Positions 32,339 to 43,364 of a DNA stretch of 64,000 bases are shown here, piece after piece. Origin of the DNA: an uncultured Acidobacteriota bacterium (GTDB taxonomy: Bacteria; Acidobacteriota; Thermoanaerobaculia; Multivoradales; SZUA-115); NCBI GenBank assembly GCA_963805975.1, contig CAWDVR010000005.1:96001-160000 (forward strand), given 5' to 3'. Made by a program: the position numbers and the translations under genes. Position 1 is the stretch's first letter. The number at the start of each line of letters is the position of its first letter. The notes below the pieces were generated by a model. It saw nothing but the letters and a program-made list of their open reading frames with translations, ran no database searches and had not been told where the DNA came from.

Positions 32339-33546
32339 GGGGCTTCGAGCGCCGCCACGCCGGGAAGGGTGCGGCCGGCCAGGAGCTCGAGCGAGGCGCC
32401 GCCCCCGGTCGAGACGTGCGACACGCGGTCGGTGACGCCGGCCTGGTGCGCGGCGGCCACGGTCTCGCCGCCGCCCAGCACGGTGAAGCCGGGACACGAG
32501 GCGAGAGCCTCCGCCACCTGGCGCGTGCCGGCGTCGAAGGGCGGCTTCTCGAAGACGCCCAGCGGGCCGTTCCAGAACAGGGTGGCGGCAGTGGCGACGC
32601 CACCTGCGAAGGCGGCGCGGGTGGCCGGGCCCACGTCCACCGCCATGGTGCCCGCCGGCACCGCTCCGGCGTCCACGGTCTCGATGCGCTGCGGGTTCTC
32701 GAGGCTGTCGGTCACCACCAGGTCGGTGGGCAGCAGCACCTCGATGCCGCGCCCGCGGGCCGTGGCCAGGATCTCCGTGGCCGTCCCGATGCGGTCCGGC
32801 TCGACCAGCGACTTGGCGAGATCGTGGCCCTGGGCGGCGAGGAAGGTGTTGGCCATGCCGCCGCCCACCATCAGCCGGTCGAGCCGCGGCAGGAGGTTCA
32901 CCAGGGTGTCGATCTTGCCCTCGATCTTGGCGCCGCCCAGGAGCACGGCGAAGGGCCGCGCCGGCTCGCCCAGCAGGCGGGAGAGGGCCTCCACCTCGCG
33001 CACCAGCAGGCGCCCGGCGGCCTTGCGTGCCATGAGCGCCGCCACCCCGACCGTCGAGGCGTGGGCGCGGTGGGCGGCGCCGAAGGCGTCGTCCACGTAG
33101 ATGTCGGCGAGCCGCGCCAGCGCGGCGGCGAAGGCTTCGTCGTTGGCCTCCTCGCCGGCGTGGAAGCGCAGGTTCTCGAGCAGACAGACCCCACCGGGAG
33201 CGAGCTCCGCCACCGCGGTCTCGGCCTCCGGGCCCACGCAGTCGGGTACAAAGACCACCGGCGCGCCCAGCAGCTCGGCCAGCCGCTCGGCGACCGGCCG
33301 CAGCGTGTACTTGGGGTCGGGCTGGCCCCCAACTCCAAGCGCCTTCGGCCGGCCCAGGTGAGCGGCGAGCACCACGCGGGCGCCGGCCTTCGCCAGCTCG
33401 CCGATGGTGGGCAGGGCCTCGGTGAGGCGGTTGTCGTCCATCACCTTGCCCTCGGCGATCGGCACGTTGAGCTCGACGCGCGTGAAGACGCGCCGGCCGG
33501 AGAGGCCGTCGAGCCCGAGATCGTCCAGGGTGAGCAGTCGGCTCAT
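32335..33546 (-). CDS. pgk: Phosphoglycerate kinase
   Basis: HLGRP, LENLRF, DAFG..HRAHAS, GGAK, WNGPLG, STGGGASLE. Confidence 0.97.
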   Translation of the reverse strand: MSRLLTLDDLGLDGLSGRRVFTRVELNVPIAEGKVMDDNRLTEALPTIGELAKAGARVVLAAHLGRPKALGVGGQPDPKYTLRPVAERLAELLGAPVVFVPDCVGPEAETAVAELAPGGVCLLENLRFHAGEEANDEAFAAALARLADIYVDDAFGAAHRAHASTVGVAALMARKAAGRLLVREVEALSRLLGEPARPFAVLLGGAKIEGKIDTLVNLLPRLDRLMVGGGMANTFLAAQGHDLAKSLVEPDRIGTATEILATARGRGIEVLLPTDLVVTDSLENPQRIETVDAGAVPAGTMAVDVGPATRAAFAGGVATAATLFWNGPLGVFEKPPFDAGTRQVAEALASCPGFTVLGGGETVAAAHQAGVTDRVSHVSTGGGASLELLAGRTLPGVAALEAP

Positions 33547-33572
33547 GATGTCTCCTCAGAGTGCAGGCGGGG

Positions 33573-34586
33573 TCAGAGGCCGGGACGGTCCCCACCCATC
33601 CAGGCGAGGAGATCCGCCAGGCGGTTGGCGTAGCCCCACTCGTTGTCGTACCAGGCCACGACGCGGAGCAGGCGAGAGTCGAGGGCTTCGACCAGCGGCA
33701 GGTCCACGGTGGCGGAGTGAGGGTCGCCGATGAAGTCGGCCGAGACCAGCTCCTCCTCGGTCACCGCCAGGATGCCGGCGAGCGGGCCGGCTGCGGCGCG
33801 GCGGAAGGCGTCCGCCACCGCCTCGCGGGCGATCGCCCGGCTGGTGCGCACCACGAGATCCACCAGCGAGCCGTCCGGTACCGGCACCCGATAGGCCGTG
33901 CCGCCGATCCTGCCGGCGAGCTCCGGCATCACCGCGCCGATCGCCGTCACCGCGTCCGAGGTGGTGGGGATCACGTTGAGCGCCGCGGCCCGCGCCCGCC
34001 GCGGGTCCGGGTGCGACATGTCCATCAGGCGCTGGGAGTTGGTGTAGCAGTGCACGGTCGACATGAAGCCGTGCTCGATGCCGGCTGCGTCGTAGAGCAC
34101 TCTCGCGACCGGGGCCAGGCAGTTGGTGGTGCAGGAGGCGTTGCTCACCACTTGGTGGCGGGCCGGGTCGTAGGTCTGGTGGTTGACCCCGAAGCAGAAG
34201 GTGGCATCGACGTCCGGCGCGGTGGCGGAGACCACGACTTTCTCGACCGGGCCGCCGAGATGCGCCGCCGCCTCGGCCCGGCCGCGAAAGACACCCGTGG
34301 CCTCGACCACCACCCAGGGCTCGGCTTCGTGCCACGGGATGCCGGCCGGCTCGTTCGCCGCGTAGAGCGGCACCCGCCGGTCGTCGATCACCAGCGCCCC
34401 GGGCTCGGCCTCGACGGTGCCGGGGAAGCGGCCATGGAGCGAGTCGTGGCGGATCAGCCGCGCCAGCACCCGCGAGTCCGCCTGGTCGTTGGCGGCCACC
34501 AGCTCGAGATCTCCCCGCTCGCGGGCGATCCGCAGCAGGGCGCGCCCGACGCGGCCCAGGCCGTTGATGGCGAAGCGGATGGGCAT
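33573..34586 (-). CDS. gap: Glyceraldehyde-3-phosphate dehydrogenase (type I, divergent)
   Basis: GLGRVGR, SNASCTTNC, RVP, WYDNEWGY; gap-pgk-tpiA operon. Confidence 0.93.
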   Translation of the reverse strand: MPIRFAINGLGRVGRALLRIARERGDLELVAANDQADSRVLARLIRHDSLHGRFPGTVEAEPGALVIDDRRVPLYAANEPAGIPWHEAEPWVVVEATGVFRGRAEAAAHLGGPVEKVVVSATAPDVDATFCFGVNHQTYDPARHQVVSNASCTTNCLAPVARVLYDAAGIEHGFMSTVHCYTNSQRLMDMSHPDPRRARAAALNVIPTTSDAVTAIGAVMPELAGRIGGTAYRVPVPDGSLVDLVVRTSRAIAREAVADAFRRAAAGPLAGILAVTEEELVSADFIGDPHSATVDLPLVEALDSRLLRVVAWYDNEWGYANRLADLLAWMGGDRPGL

Positions 34587-34718
34587 GGGTGAGGAACCTT
34601 CGAGCGGCAGGGCGCCGCGAGAGACCGGAGTCTAGCAGGCCGGCGGGCCTCACCGGGCGTGGCATACTTCCCTGCGCTTCGGGCTGGGGCCCAGGCGCCC
34701 AGAGCCACAGGAGGTTTC

Positions 34719-34946
34719 ATGGCAGAAAAGCACCAGCTCACCGCCATCCTCGAGCGCGAGGGCGCCGGCTTCGTCGCGCTCTGCCCCGAGCTCGACATCG
34801 CCAGCCAGGGCGAGACCATCGAAGAGGCGCGGACGAACCTGACCGAGGCACTGGAGCTGTTTTTCGAGACGGCTTCCGAAGCGGAGGTCCGGGAACGGCT
34901 GCACTCCGAGGTCTACGTCACCCGGCTGGAAGTCGACGTTGGGTAG
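34719..34946 (+). CDS. hicB: HicB-family antitoxin
   Basis: LTAILEREG..FVALCPELDIASQGETIEEA..NL.EALELF; AGGAGG SD. Confidence 0.88.
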   Translation: MAEKHQLTAILEREGAGFVALCPELDIASQGETIEEARTNLTEALELFFETASEAEVRERLHSEVYVTRLEVDVG

Positions 34947-35202
34947 GCAGGTTTAGTTCCAATACTGTTCACTTGGCGACTGTAATCGAGCGTTTCTCTT
35001 CCTGCCGTCATCCCCGCGAAAGCGGGGATCCAGGGCGGGCGACGAGACCCAGATGGATCCCCGCTTTCGCGGGGATGACGAGCAAAGAAGCTTCAGTGAA
35101 CGGTATTGGGTAGTTCCCCTGCACACGGAGCTGCGTTTGGGCACGCTCAGCTCGATCATTCGCCAGTCCGGAGTGCCGAGGTCCGCCTTCGAGACGGAGT
35201 AA
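34939..35202 (+). pseudogene. hicA: Disrupted HicA toxin
   Basis: TTG-GGT-AGG start overlapping the hicB stop, then TAG at 34954; HicA-like C-terminus VVPLHTELRLGTLSSIIRQSGVPRSAFETE* at 35110-35202. Confidence 0.75.
34957..35110. mobile_element. MITE-like nested palindromic element
   Basis: Terminal inverted repeats CCAATACTGTTCACT / AGTGAACGGTATTGG enclose the inner palindrome CGTCATCCCCGCGAAAGCGGGGATCCA..TGGATCCCCGCTTTCGCGGGGATGACG (35006-35080); TAGTTCC repeated at both ends. Confidence 0.75.
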
Positions 35203-35295
35203 CCACGGCGCCTCACGCCGCCACGACGGGCGGCATGTCTCTTGCTCCTGCACTGGGCGGTCACACCACCCACACGCTTTTCCGAGAAAGACCCT

Positions 35296-36712
35296 ATGAC
35301 CCTCCGCCTCCGCCTCTTCCTGCTCCTGGGCGCGTTGGTCGCGCTGCTGGTCGCCGGCCAGGCGGTGCTCATGCGCTCCCTCACCCGCGACCTGGCGGAG
35401 GAGGTGGGCGACATCGTCGTGTCGGTGGGCGAGTCGGTAGCCGCCGCGGTCGGCGAGGAGCCGCTGCACTTGCCGCCGGCCGCGGACGGTGATCTGCGCG
35501 AGCACAAGATCAAGGTGATCCATCTTCCCAGGATCGAGGGCGAGATAGAGCGCGACCTCGCCTACGAGGTGCACGAGCAGAAACAGACAGTGGAAGTGGA
35601 GGGCGCCGCCGAGCCGCAGGTGCGGCGCACCGAGCTGCGGGTCAAGCTCGTCTCCAGGGGAGGAGAGCGCACCCTGGTGCTGGACGACGGCGGCGGCGCG
35701 GCGCGGGCGATCGCGGTGCCCGAGCACGGCGTGAGCCGCGAGGTCGGCCGTTTCCGGCGCCGGCTGCTCCTGGGATCCCTGGGCCTCCTGGCCGTGGGAC
35801 TGATCGCGGCAGGAGCGGTGGCGCACCGGGTGTCGCGGCCGCTCGCCGAGCTCACTGCCGCGGCACGCCGGGTCGGTGAAGGGGCGCTCGGCACGCAGGC
35901 GCCGGAGCCCAGGGACCGGGAGGTCGGATCGGCGGTCGCCGCGTTCAACCGCATGTCGCGCGAGCTGGCCCGCCTCGACGAAGACGCCCGTGCGTTCCGC
36001 GCCCGCGAGCACCTGGCAGAGCTCGGCGAGGTGGCGCGCGGCCTCGCGCACAGCCTGCGCAACCCGCTTCACGCTCTGGGTCTCACAGTGGGAGAGATGG
36101 CGGCGATGACCCCGGCCCCCACAGCCGCATCGCCAGGCGGCGAAAGCGTTGCAGACCTGGCGGAAGGCGCGCGGCGGCAGATCCAGCGCATCGACCGCTC
36201 GCTGCGCTCGCTCCTGGTGCTCGCCGCGGACGGCGGACCGGCCAGGGAGCCGGTGGACCTCCCGGCGCTCGCGGCGGACGTGGCGCTCGAGGTGCTGCAG
36301 GACTTCCGCGGTCGGGTGCGGATCGAGGTCGAGGCGCCGGCCGAGGGCGAACCGCTCACTCTCCTGGGCGTGGCGGCCGAGCTCCGCGCCATGCTGCAGG
36401 CGCTCGTCGTCAACGCGGCCGAGGCGAGCCCCGAGGGCGGCCAGGTCCGGCTGCGGCTCGCCGCCTCGCCCGCCGGCGCCACGATCGAGGTGCTGGACCG
36501 GGGCGAGGGCCTGCCCGCCGAGGTGCGGGCCAGGCTCTTCTCGCCGCACGTGACCACCAAGCCCACGGGCTCCGGCATGGGCCTCTTCCTCTGCCACCGC
36601 CTGGCGACCACCCGCTACGGCGGCGACCTCACGCTCGAGGACCGCGAGGGCGGCGGCTCGCGAGCCGTGCTCGCGCTCTCCCGCCGCCAGGCAGCCGGGG
36701 AGCCTGCCCCGG

Positions 36713-36720
<8 letters not shown>
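35296..36720 (+). CDS. HAMP-domain sensor histidine kinase
   Basis: 2 TM segments, HAMP, AHSLRNPL H-box, NA, DRGEG, TTKPTGSGMGL. Confidence 0.92.
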
Positions 36721-38074
<1,354 letters not shown>

Positions 38075-38104
38075 TTTGGGGAAGGGCTCTGCTCATTTGG
38101 GGAG

Positions 38105-38155
38105 GCCCCTCACCCCAGCCCTCTCCCCGCTGGCGCGGGACGAGGTGGCCGAAGG
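38105..38155 (+). repeat. REP-like repeat family A (degenerate copy)
   Basis: GCCCCTCACCCCAGCCCTCTCCCCGCTGGCGCGGGACGAGG. Confidence 0.75.
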
Positions 38156-38189
38156 GCATTCTCCGGCGATCGCAGCCAGGGTGAGGGCG

Positions 38190-38205
38190 TGGCACATCGG
38201 TTGCT
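38190..38205 (+). promoter_or_regulatory. Sigma54 -24/-12 promoter
   Basis: TGGCAC-ATCGG-TTGCT matches the TGGCAC-N5-TTGCW consensus; directly downstream of the NtrC-type gene. Confidence 0.85.
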
Positions 38206-38261
38206 CTCTCGGCCCCTCGGAGAAACGAAGACCTACCCCCAAGACCAAGGAGAGACGACCG

Positions 38262-38942
38262 ATGAAGAACCTCAAATGGATGCTCGCCGCCGTGCTCGGC
38301 TCCGCTGCCCTGGTGGCGCTGGCGCCGCTCGCCGTGGCCGCCAGCTCGGACAACGACGGCACGCACTTCCGGATCTCGACCAGCGACGCCGGTACCGTGG
38401 AGTTCGACCTGGACGAGCTCGCCGTGGGCGAGAGCCGCAGCTTCACCACCGACCAAGGCAAGCCCGTGACCGTGACCCGCGTCGAGGCCGGCTACGAGCT
38501 CGAGGTCGACGGCAAGAAGCTCGACGTGGTCCTCGACGGCGAAGCGGGTGGAGACATGATCGTGCGGACCGGCGAGGACCACGGCGACGGGCGAGTGATG
38601 ATCGTGAAGAAGCACCTCGGCGAAGGCTCGGGCGAGCCCAGGATCATCGTCCAGACCGACGGCGGCGAAGGCGAGGGCGACCGCAAAATCGTGCGCAAGC
38701 GCATCGTCACCTCCGGCGGCGACGGCGACCACGAGGTGCAGGTGAAGGTGCTCGACGGCGACGACCTGGAGGACATCGACCTCGAGGCCCTGACCGGCGG
38801 CGAGCACGGCAACGGCCACGTCGTCATCGTCAAGAAGCGGGTCCACGAGGGCGAGGCTGGCGAGCACAGCGGCGAGCCCAAGCGGATCGAGATCCGGATC
38901 GAGAAGAAGGCGAAGCAGGAGGCGGACGAGGATCGCCGGTAG
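38262..38942 (+). CDS. Secreted low-complexity acidic/His-containing hypothetical protein
   Basis: AAGGAG SD, signal peptide, high-GC3 codon usage. Confidence 0.85.
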   Translation: MKNLKWMLAAVLGSAALVALAPLAVAASSDNDGTHFRISTSDAGTVEFDLDELAVGESRSFTTDQGKPVTVTRVEAGYELEVDGKKLDVVLDGEAGGDMIVRTGEDHGDGRVMIVKKHLGEGSGEPRIIVQTDGGEGEGDRKIVRKRIVTSGGDGDHEVQVKVLDGDDLEDIDLEALTGGEHGNGHVVIVKKRVHEGEAGEHSGEPKRIEIRIEKKAKQEADEDRR

Positions 38943-38993
38943 GTAGTGCCCCCCAGCCGTCGCAGGCGGCGGCTCCTCCCGAGCGCCCCCACC

Positions 38994-39101
38994 CTGTCAT
39001 CCTGAGCGCAGCGAAGGATCTGGGCGGGGGCGCTGTCGCTTGGTTTCAACATCCGCGCGGCCCCCGTCCCCTGGATCCCTCGCTCTCGCTCGGGATGACA
39101 G
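38994..39101. repeat. REP-like palindromic element family B
   Basis: CTGTCATCCTGAGCGCAGCGAAGGATCT ... GGATCCCTCGCTCTCGCTCGGGATGACAG inverted arms. Confidence 0.8.
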
Positions 39102-39165
39102 CGGACCGTCCCCAGCTCGCGGGCACACAGCCAACCTCTGCCCCGGCTGCTACCATCGCTTTGCG

Positions 39166-40251
39166 ATGGCCTCCCCCGCCGTTTCCCCGCTTCTCCTGGG
39201 CATCGAGACCTCCTGCGACGACACCGCCTGCGCGGTGGTCGACGGCACCGGCCGGGTGCTCTCGTCGGTGGTCTCGAGCCAGATCGCCGCGCACCGGCCG
39301 TACGGCGGCGTGGTGCCGGAGATCGCCTCGCGCGAGCACCTCGCCAACTGGCCGGCGGTGGCGAGCGAGGCCCTGGAGCGCGCCGGCGTCTCCCTTTCGG
39401 AGATCGACGCCGTGGCCGCCACGCGCGGCCCCGGGCTGGTGGGCGCGCTGCTCGTCGGCCTGTCGCTCGGCAAGGCCCTGGCCCTGGGCCTCGGGAGGCC
39501 GTTCTACGCCGTCCATCATCTCGAGGGCCACCTCGTCTCACCCTTTCTCAGCGGCGCTCCCCCCGGCAGCGCCGAGACCTCACCGGCCGAGACGCCGCCC
39601 GAGAGCTTCGTGGGCCTGGTGGCCTCGGGCGGGCACACGGCGCTCTACAAGGTGGCAGGAGCGCACGTCGAGACGCTCGCCGAGACCCGCGACGACGCCT
39701 TCGGCGAGGTCTTCGACAAGGTGGGCAAGCGGCTCGGCCTCGCCTACCCGCAAGGGCCCAAGGTGGATGAGCTGGCCGAGCGGGGGAGATCCACGGCCTC
39801 CGAGTATCGCGTCCCCAAGAACAGCGACCAGAGCCTGGATTTCTCTTACTCGGGGCTCAAGAGCCAGACGCTGCTGCTGATCGAGGAGCTCGAGCGCCAG
39901 GGGGTGGAGACCGACCTCGGCGCGCCGGATGCCGGCGAGCCCCCGCAGCCGGTGCTCGATCTCCTCGCCGCCTTCCGCGGCGCGGCCGTCAAGCAGGTGT
40001 TGAGCCGGCTCAAGCGCCTGCGCCGCCGCCGGCGCATCGGCTTCCTCGCGGTCTCGGGAGGCGCCGCCGCCAACCGCCTGCTGCGGCGTGAGCTGTCGGT
40101 CTGGGCTGAAGAGCACGAGGTGCCCCTGCGCCTGGTGCCTCTCGTCTACGCCGGCGACAACGCGGCCATGATCGCCCATGCCGCCCTGCTGCGGCTGCGC
40201 CGGGGGGACGCCGGAGACCCGCTCTCGACCGAGGCGTCGAGCCGCGGGTAG
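39166..40251 (+). CDS. tsaD: tRNA N6-threonylcarbamoyltransferase TsaD
   Basis: LGIETSCDDT, GGVVPEIASREH, HHLEGH, SGGHT, DDAFGE.FDK, DFSYSGLK, DNAAMI. Confidence 0.96.
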   Translation: MASPAVSPLLLGIETSCDDTACAVVDGTGRVLSSVVSSQIAAHRPYGGVVPEIASREHLANWPAVASEALERAGVSLSEIDAVAATRGPGLVGALLVGLSLGKALALGLGRPFYAVHHLEGHLVSPFLSGAPPGSAETSPAETPPESFVGLVASGGHTALYKVAGAHVETLAETRDDAFGEVFDKVGKRLGLAYPQGPKVDELAERGRSTASEYRVPKNSDQSLDFSYSGLKSQTLLLIEELERQGVETDLGAPDAGEPPQPVLDLLAAFRGAAVKQVLSRLKRLRRRRRIGFLAVSGGAAANRLLRRELSVWAEEHEVPLRLVPLVYAGDNAAMIAHAALLRLRRGDAGDPLSTEASSRG

Positions 40252-40263
40252 GCGGCCCCACCC

Positions 40264-41208
40264 TCACATCCCCGGGATCGGTTCGCCCTCGCTCGCCGTG
40301 CGCTCGGCGTAGAGGGCTTGCAGGCGCTCGGTCACCGGGCCGCGGGCGCCGGAGCCGATCTTCCGGCCATCGACCTCGAGCACCGGGGCGAGCTCGCCCA
40401 TGGTGCCGGTGGTGAACGCCTCGTCGGCGGTGTGGACCTCGGACACGGAGAGGTTCTTCTCGGTGACGGCGAAGCCGGCGCCGCGGGCGATCTCGATCAC
40501 CAGGCCGCGGGTGATGCCGGGCAGGCAACTGTCGGCGTGCGGGGTGAAGAGCGCGCCGCGGCGGACGAGAAAGACGTTGGTGGCGTTGGTCTCGGAGACG
40601 AAGCCCGCGAGGTCCAGCATCAGGGCGTCGTCGGCGCCGGCGACGTTGGCTTCGATCTTCGCCAGGATGTTGTTGATCAGGTTGTTGTGGTGGATCTTGG
40701 AGTCGATCGTCGCCGGCGAGTTGCGGCGCGTCGAGGCGGTGACGAGCCGGATGCCGAGGCGGTCGTAGACCGGCGGCTTCCACTCTGCGAGCACGATCAG
40801 GCAGGGGCCGTTCTGGTTGAGGCGCGGGTCCATGCCGGAGGTGATCTTCTCGCCGCGGGTGAGCGTCAGGCGGATGTGCGCACCGTCGCGCATGTCGTTG
40901 GCGTTGAGCGTCTCGAAGATCGCGTCCTTCACCTCGGCTCGGCTCGGCACCCTGTCGAAGGCCATGGCGTGGGCCGAGGCGAAGAGCCGGTCGAGGTGCG
41001 CGTCGAGCGCGAAGACGCGGCCGTCGTAGACCCGCAAGCCTTCCCACACCGCGTCGCCGCCCTGCACCGAGCTGTCGAAGACCGACACCCTGGCCTCCTC
41101 GCGCGGCACGAGCTGGCCCTGCACGTGGACCAGGATGTTCTCGTTTCTCGGGTCGGGGCTCGGGCCTCGGGACTGCGAAGGCTCGGCGCCGGCGGGCTCG
41201 GTTGCCAT
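40264..41208 (-). CDS. Class IV aminotransferase (BCAT-like)
   Basis: GDAVWEGLR, KIHHNNL, ETNATN, LPGITR, DEAFTTGT. Confidence 0.92.
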   Translation of the reverse strand: MATEPAGAEPSQSRGPSPDPRNENILVHVQGQLVPREEARVSVFDSSVQGGDAVWEGLRVYDGRVFALDAHLDRLFASAHAMAFDRVPSRAEVKDAIFETLNANDMRDGAHIRLTLTRGEKITSGMDPRLNQNGPCLIVLAEWKPPVYDRLGIRLVTASTRRNSPATIDSKIHHNNLINNILAKIEANVAGADDALMLDLAGFVSETNATNVFLVRRGALFTPHADSCLPGITRGLVIEIARGAGFAVTEKNLSVSEVHTADEAFTTGTMGELAPVLEVDGRKIGSGARGPVTERLQALYAERTASEGEPIPGM

Positions 41209-41272
41209 GGGAGGGCGGAGTATACCCGTGAAGCGGAGCGCGTCCGGCGCCGAGCGAAGACGGAACTGCCGC

Positions 41273-42481
41273 CTAATCCATGACTCGCCGCAGCCAGTGG
41301 AGGATCGGCCGCTCCACGAAGTCCCGGTGGTCGCGCGTCATGAAGTGATCGATGTGCCCGAACGCGGGGGTGTTGAGGAGGCGGACGTCGTTCGAGCCGG
41401 TCAGGTCCAGGTGATACTGCATGTACGGGCCGAAGCCCCGGCCGCCGCCGATGCCGAGCACCGAGCCGGTGAACTGGCCGAGGTTGGCCACGTGCTGGGT
41501 CTCGACCCCGGCCAGGCCGCAGGAGACGTTCTTGACCGTGGCGAGCGGCACGTAGCTGTTGAAGCGCGTCACGTTCTCGAACAGGCGCTCCTCGGAAGCG
41601 AAACGGAATCGGCTCTGCGCCAGGTTGCCGGCGAGGAAGATGTAATCCGGTACCGGCATGCTCACCGGCCCGGGGGTCGAGACCGAGAGGGCGAGCAACA
41701 GAACCTGCTGGTTGGTAGCGGTCGGGGGGAAGAGCGGGATCGGTGTCAGGCCGGCCGGGGCGTTCGCGGCATGGCCCGCGACGTGCCGGAAGACGCTCCC
41801 CGTCACCCCGTCGAAGATCACTCCGGCCGCGAGCTGCGCCGTCAGACCGGCGCAGTAGGACTGGTTCATGGTGTGGACCGTCGGGTCGTCGCTCGCCAGC
41901 ATCCCCTCCCAGGGGAAGATGCCGACGTAGTCGCCGGGAGCGGCGTTGGCGACCGCCAGGGCGAGGATGCCTCCCAGCGAGGCGCCGCCCGCCACCACCT
42001 CGACCCCCGGGCGCGTGGCCTCGATCTGGGAGCGCACGAAGGCGATGTCGTCCACCATCGACTGCAGGTCCCAGCCCGCCATCGGCGAACAGTCGACGAT
42101 CCCGGCTTCGCAGGTGCCGGCCGGGACGCCCTCGAAGCGCGGCGAGTAGCCCCACACGTCGTAGCCGCGGACGGCGAAGAACTCGGCGATCGAGCTGCCG
42201 GGCGCGCCGTCCTCGTCCCGCTGCTCGTAGAAGGCGAAGTTGAGGCCGAGAGGCGGCAGGAGCAGGACGACCCCCTTCAGATGCGAGGGCGGCACGTCCT
42301 TCGCCAGGCGGATCATCTTGAAGCGGTCGATCGCGCCGGGCCCTGCCTGCACCGTGTGCTCGGTGCGGACGAGATGCCCGGCGACCGGGTTGGAGGCGGT
42401 GCCGGTGATCTGGTAGGTACTCGCGGGAGCCGCGAGGGCGAAAGCGAGGATCGAGGCGAGGGCGATGGGGCGAGCGCTCAT
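41273..42481 (-). CDS. Secreted alpha/beta hydrolase
   Basis: Signal peptide, GYDVWG, nucleophile elbow GASLGG, FGHID. Confidence 0.8.
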   Translation of the reverse strand: MSARPIALASILAFALAAPASTYQITGTASNPVAGHLVRTEHTVQAGPGAIDRFKMIRLAKDVPPSHLKGVVLLLPPLGLNFAFYEQRDEDGAPGSSIAEFFAVRGYDVWGYSPRFEGVPAGTCEAGIVDCSPMAGWDLQSMVDDIAFVRSQIEATRPGVEVVAGGASLGGILALAVANAAPGDYVGIFPWEGMLASDDPTVHTMNQSYCAGLTAQLAAGVIFDGVTGSVFRHVAGHAANAPAGLTPIPLFPPTATNQQVLLLALSVSTPGPVSMPVPDYIFLAGNLAQSRFRFASEERLFENVTRFNSYVPLATVKNVSCGLAGVETQHVANLGQFTGSVLGIGGGRGFGPYMQYHLDLTGSNDVRLLNTPAFGHIDHFMTRDHRDFVERPILHWLRRVMD

Positions 42482-42577
42482 CTTTTCCTCCTGGGCTCGA
42501 GCGCTCGGTCCTTCCGAGCGCGGGTTCAACCGTGAGGTGCCGAGGAGAAAGGAAAGGACGACAGTCGTGCGGGCGGA

Positions 42578-43339
42578 TCAGGCGGTGGCGCCAGGGGTCG
42601 CCCGGATCGCCACCGCGGCGAGCGCCGCGTAGTGCGGCCGGCACTCGGCGAGCAGGGGGAGCAGGCGTTCGGGGAAGGGCTCTGTCTTCGGCCGGTAGGG
42701 GTCGAAGCCGGTCGAGCGGTGGACGGCGTGGTACCAGTGCGGCGCCCACGCGCCGTCGAAAGGCCGCGGCCCGGCCGGCCAGGCGAGCATCTCCTCGTAG
42801 AACGGGATCGAGAGCCGCCCGCAGAGCTCGGTGAGGACGCCGCGGGGATCGAGCAGCACCTCTCGCGCATCGAGGACGGGCGGCTCCTGGCCCAGCACTC
42901 GCAGCTCGGCGAGGAGCTGCGACTGCGCCGCGAGGCCGGTGTCGCGGAGCGTGGGCTCGGGGATCTGGTTCACCAGCGAGGGCAGCATCTCCTGCGGGTC
43001 CCGCACCAGGAGCACGTTCACGGTGCGGGTGAGGAAGCCGTGGTCCAGCTCCACCAGGTGGTGGGCCATCTGCTTGAAGAAGACGACCGGCTGATCCTCT
43101 GCTTCCTCGGGCCGGGGACCGAGAATCACCTCGCGCACCACCGTCTCGCCGTCGGTCTCCATGGCAGCCATCACCTCGGCTGCGCCGGGGTGGTCGGCGC
43201 CCGACACCCGCAGGTAGTGGCCGTAGAGCGGCTCGTCCACCACCCGCGTGTCCGGCCGCTCGCCGAAGGAGTACATCAGGGCCGTGGACACGTTGCGTGG
43301 CCCCGACCAGAGGTTGATGCGCAGAGGCTGCTGGCTCAC
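42578..43339 (-). CDS. Sulfotransferase-like protein (BCAT-associated family)
   Basis: WSGPRNVSTALMYSF, DEPLY, KQMAHH, WAPHWY..V..STGF. Confidence 0.85.
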   Translation of the reverse strand: MSQQPLRINLWSGPRNVSTALMYSFGERPDTRVVDEPLYGHYLRVSGADHPGAAEVMAAMETDGETVVREVILGPRPEEAEDQPVVFFKQMAHHLVELDHGFLTRTVNVLLVRDPQEMLPSLVNQIPEPTLRDTGLAAQSQLLAELRVLGQEPPVLDAREVLLDPRGVLTELCGRLSIPFYEEMLAWPAGPRPFDGAWAPHWYHAVHRSTGFDPYRPKTEPFPERLLPLLAECRPHYAALAAVAIRATPGATA

Positions 43340-43364
43340 TGGGTCGGGGATTCTAGCGCGCCGG

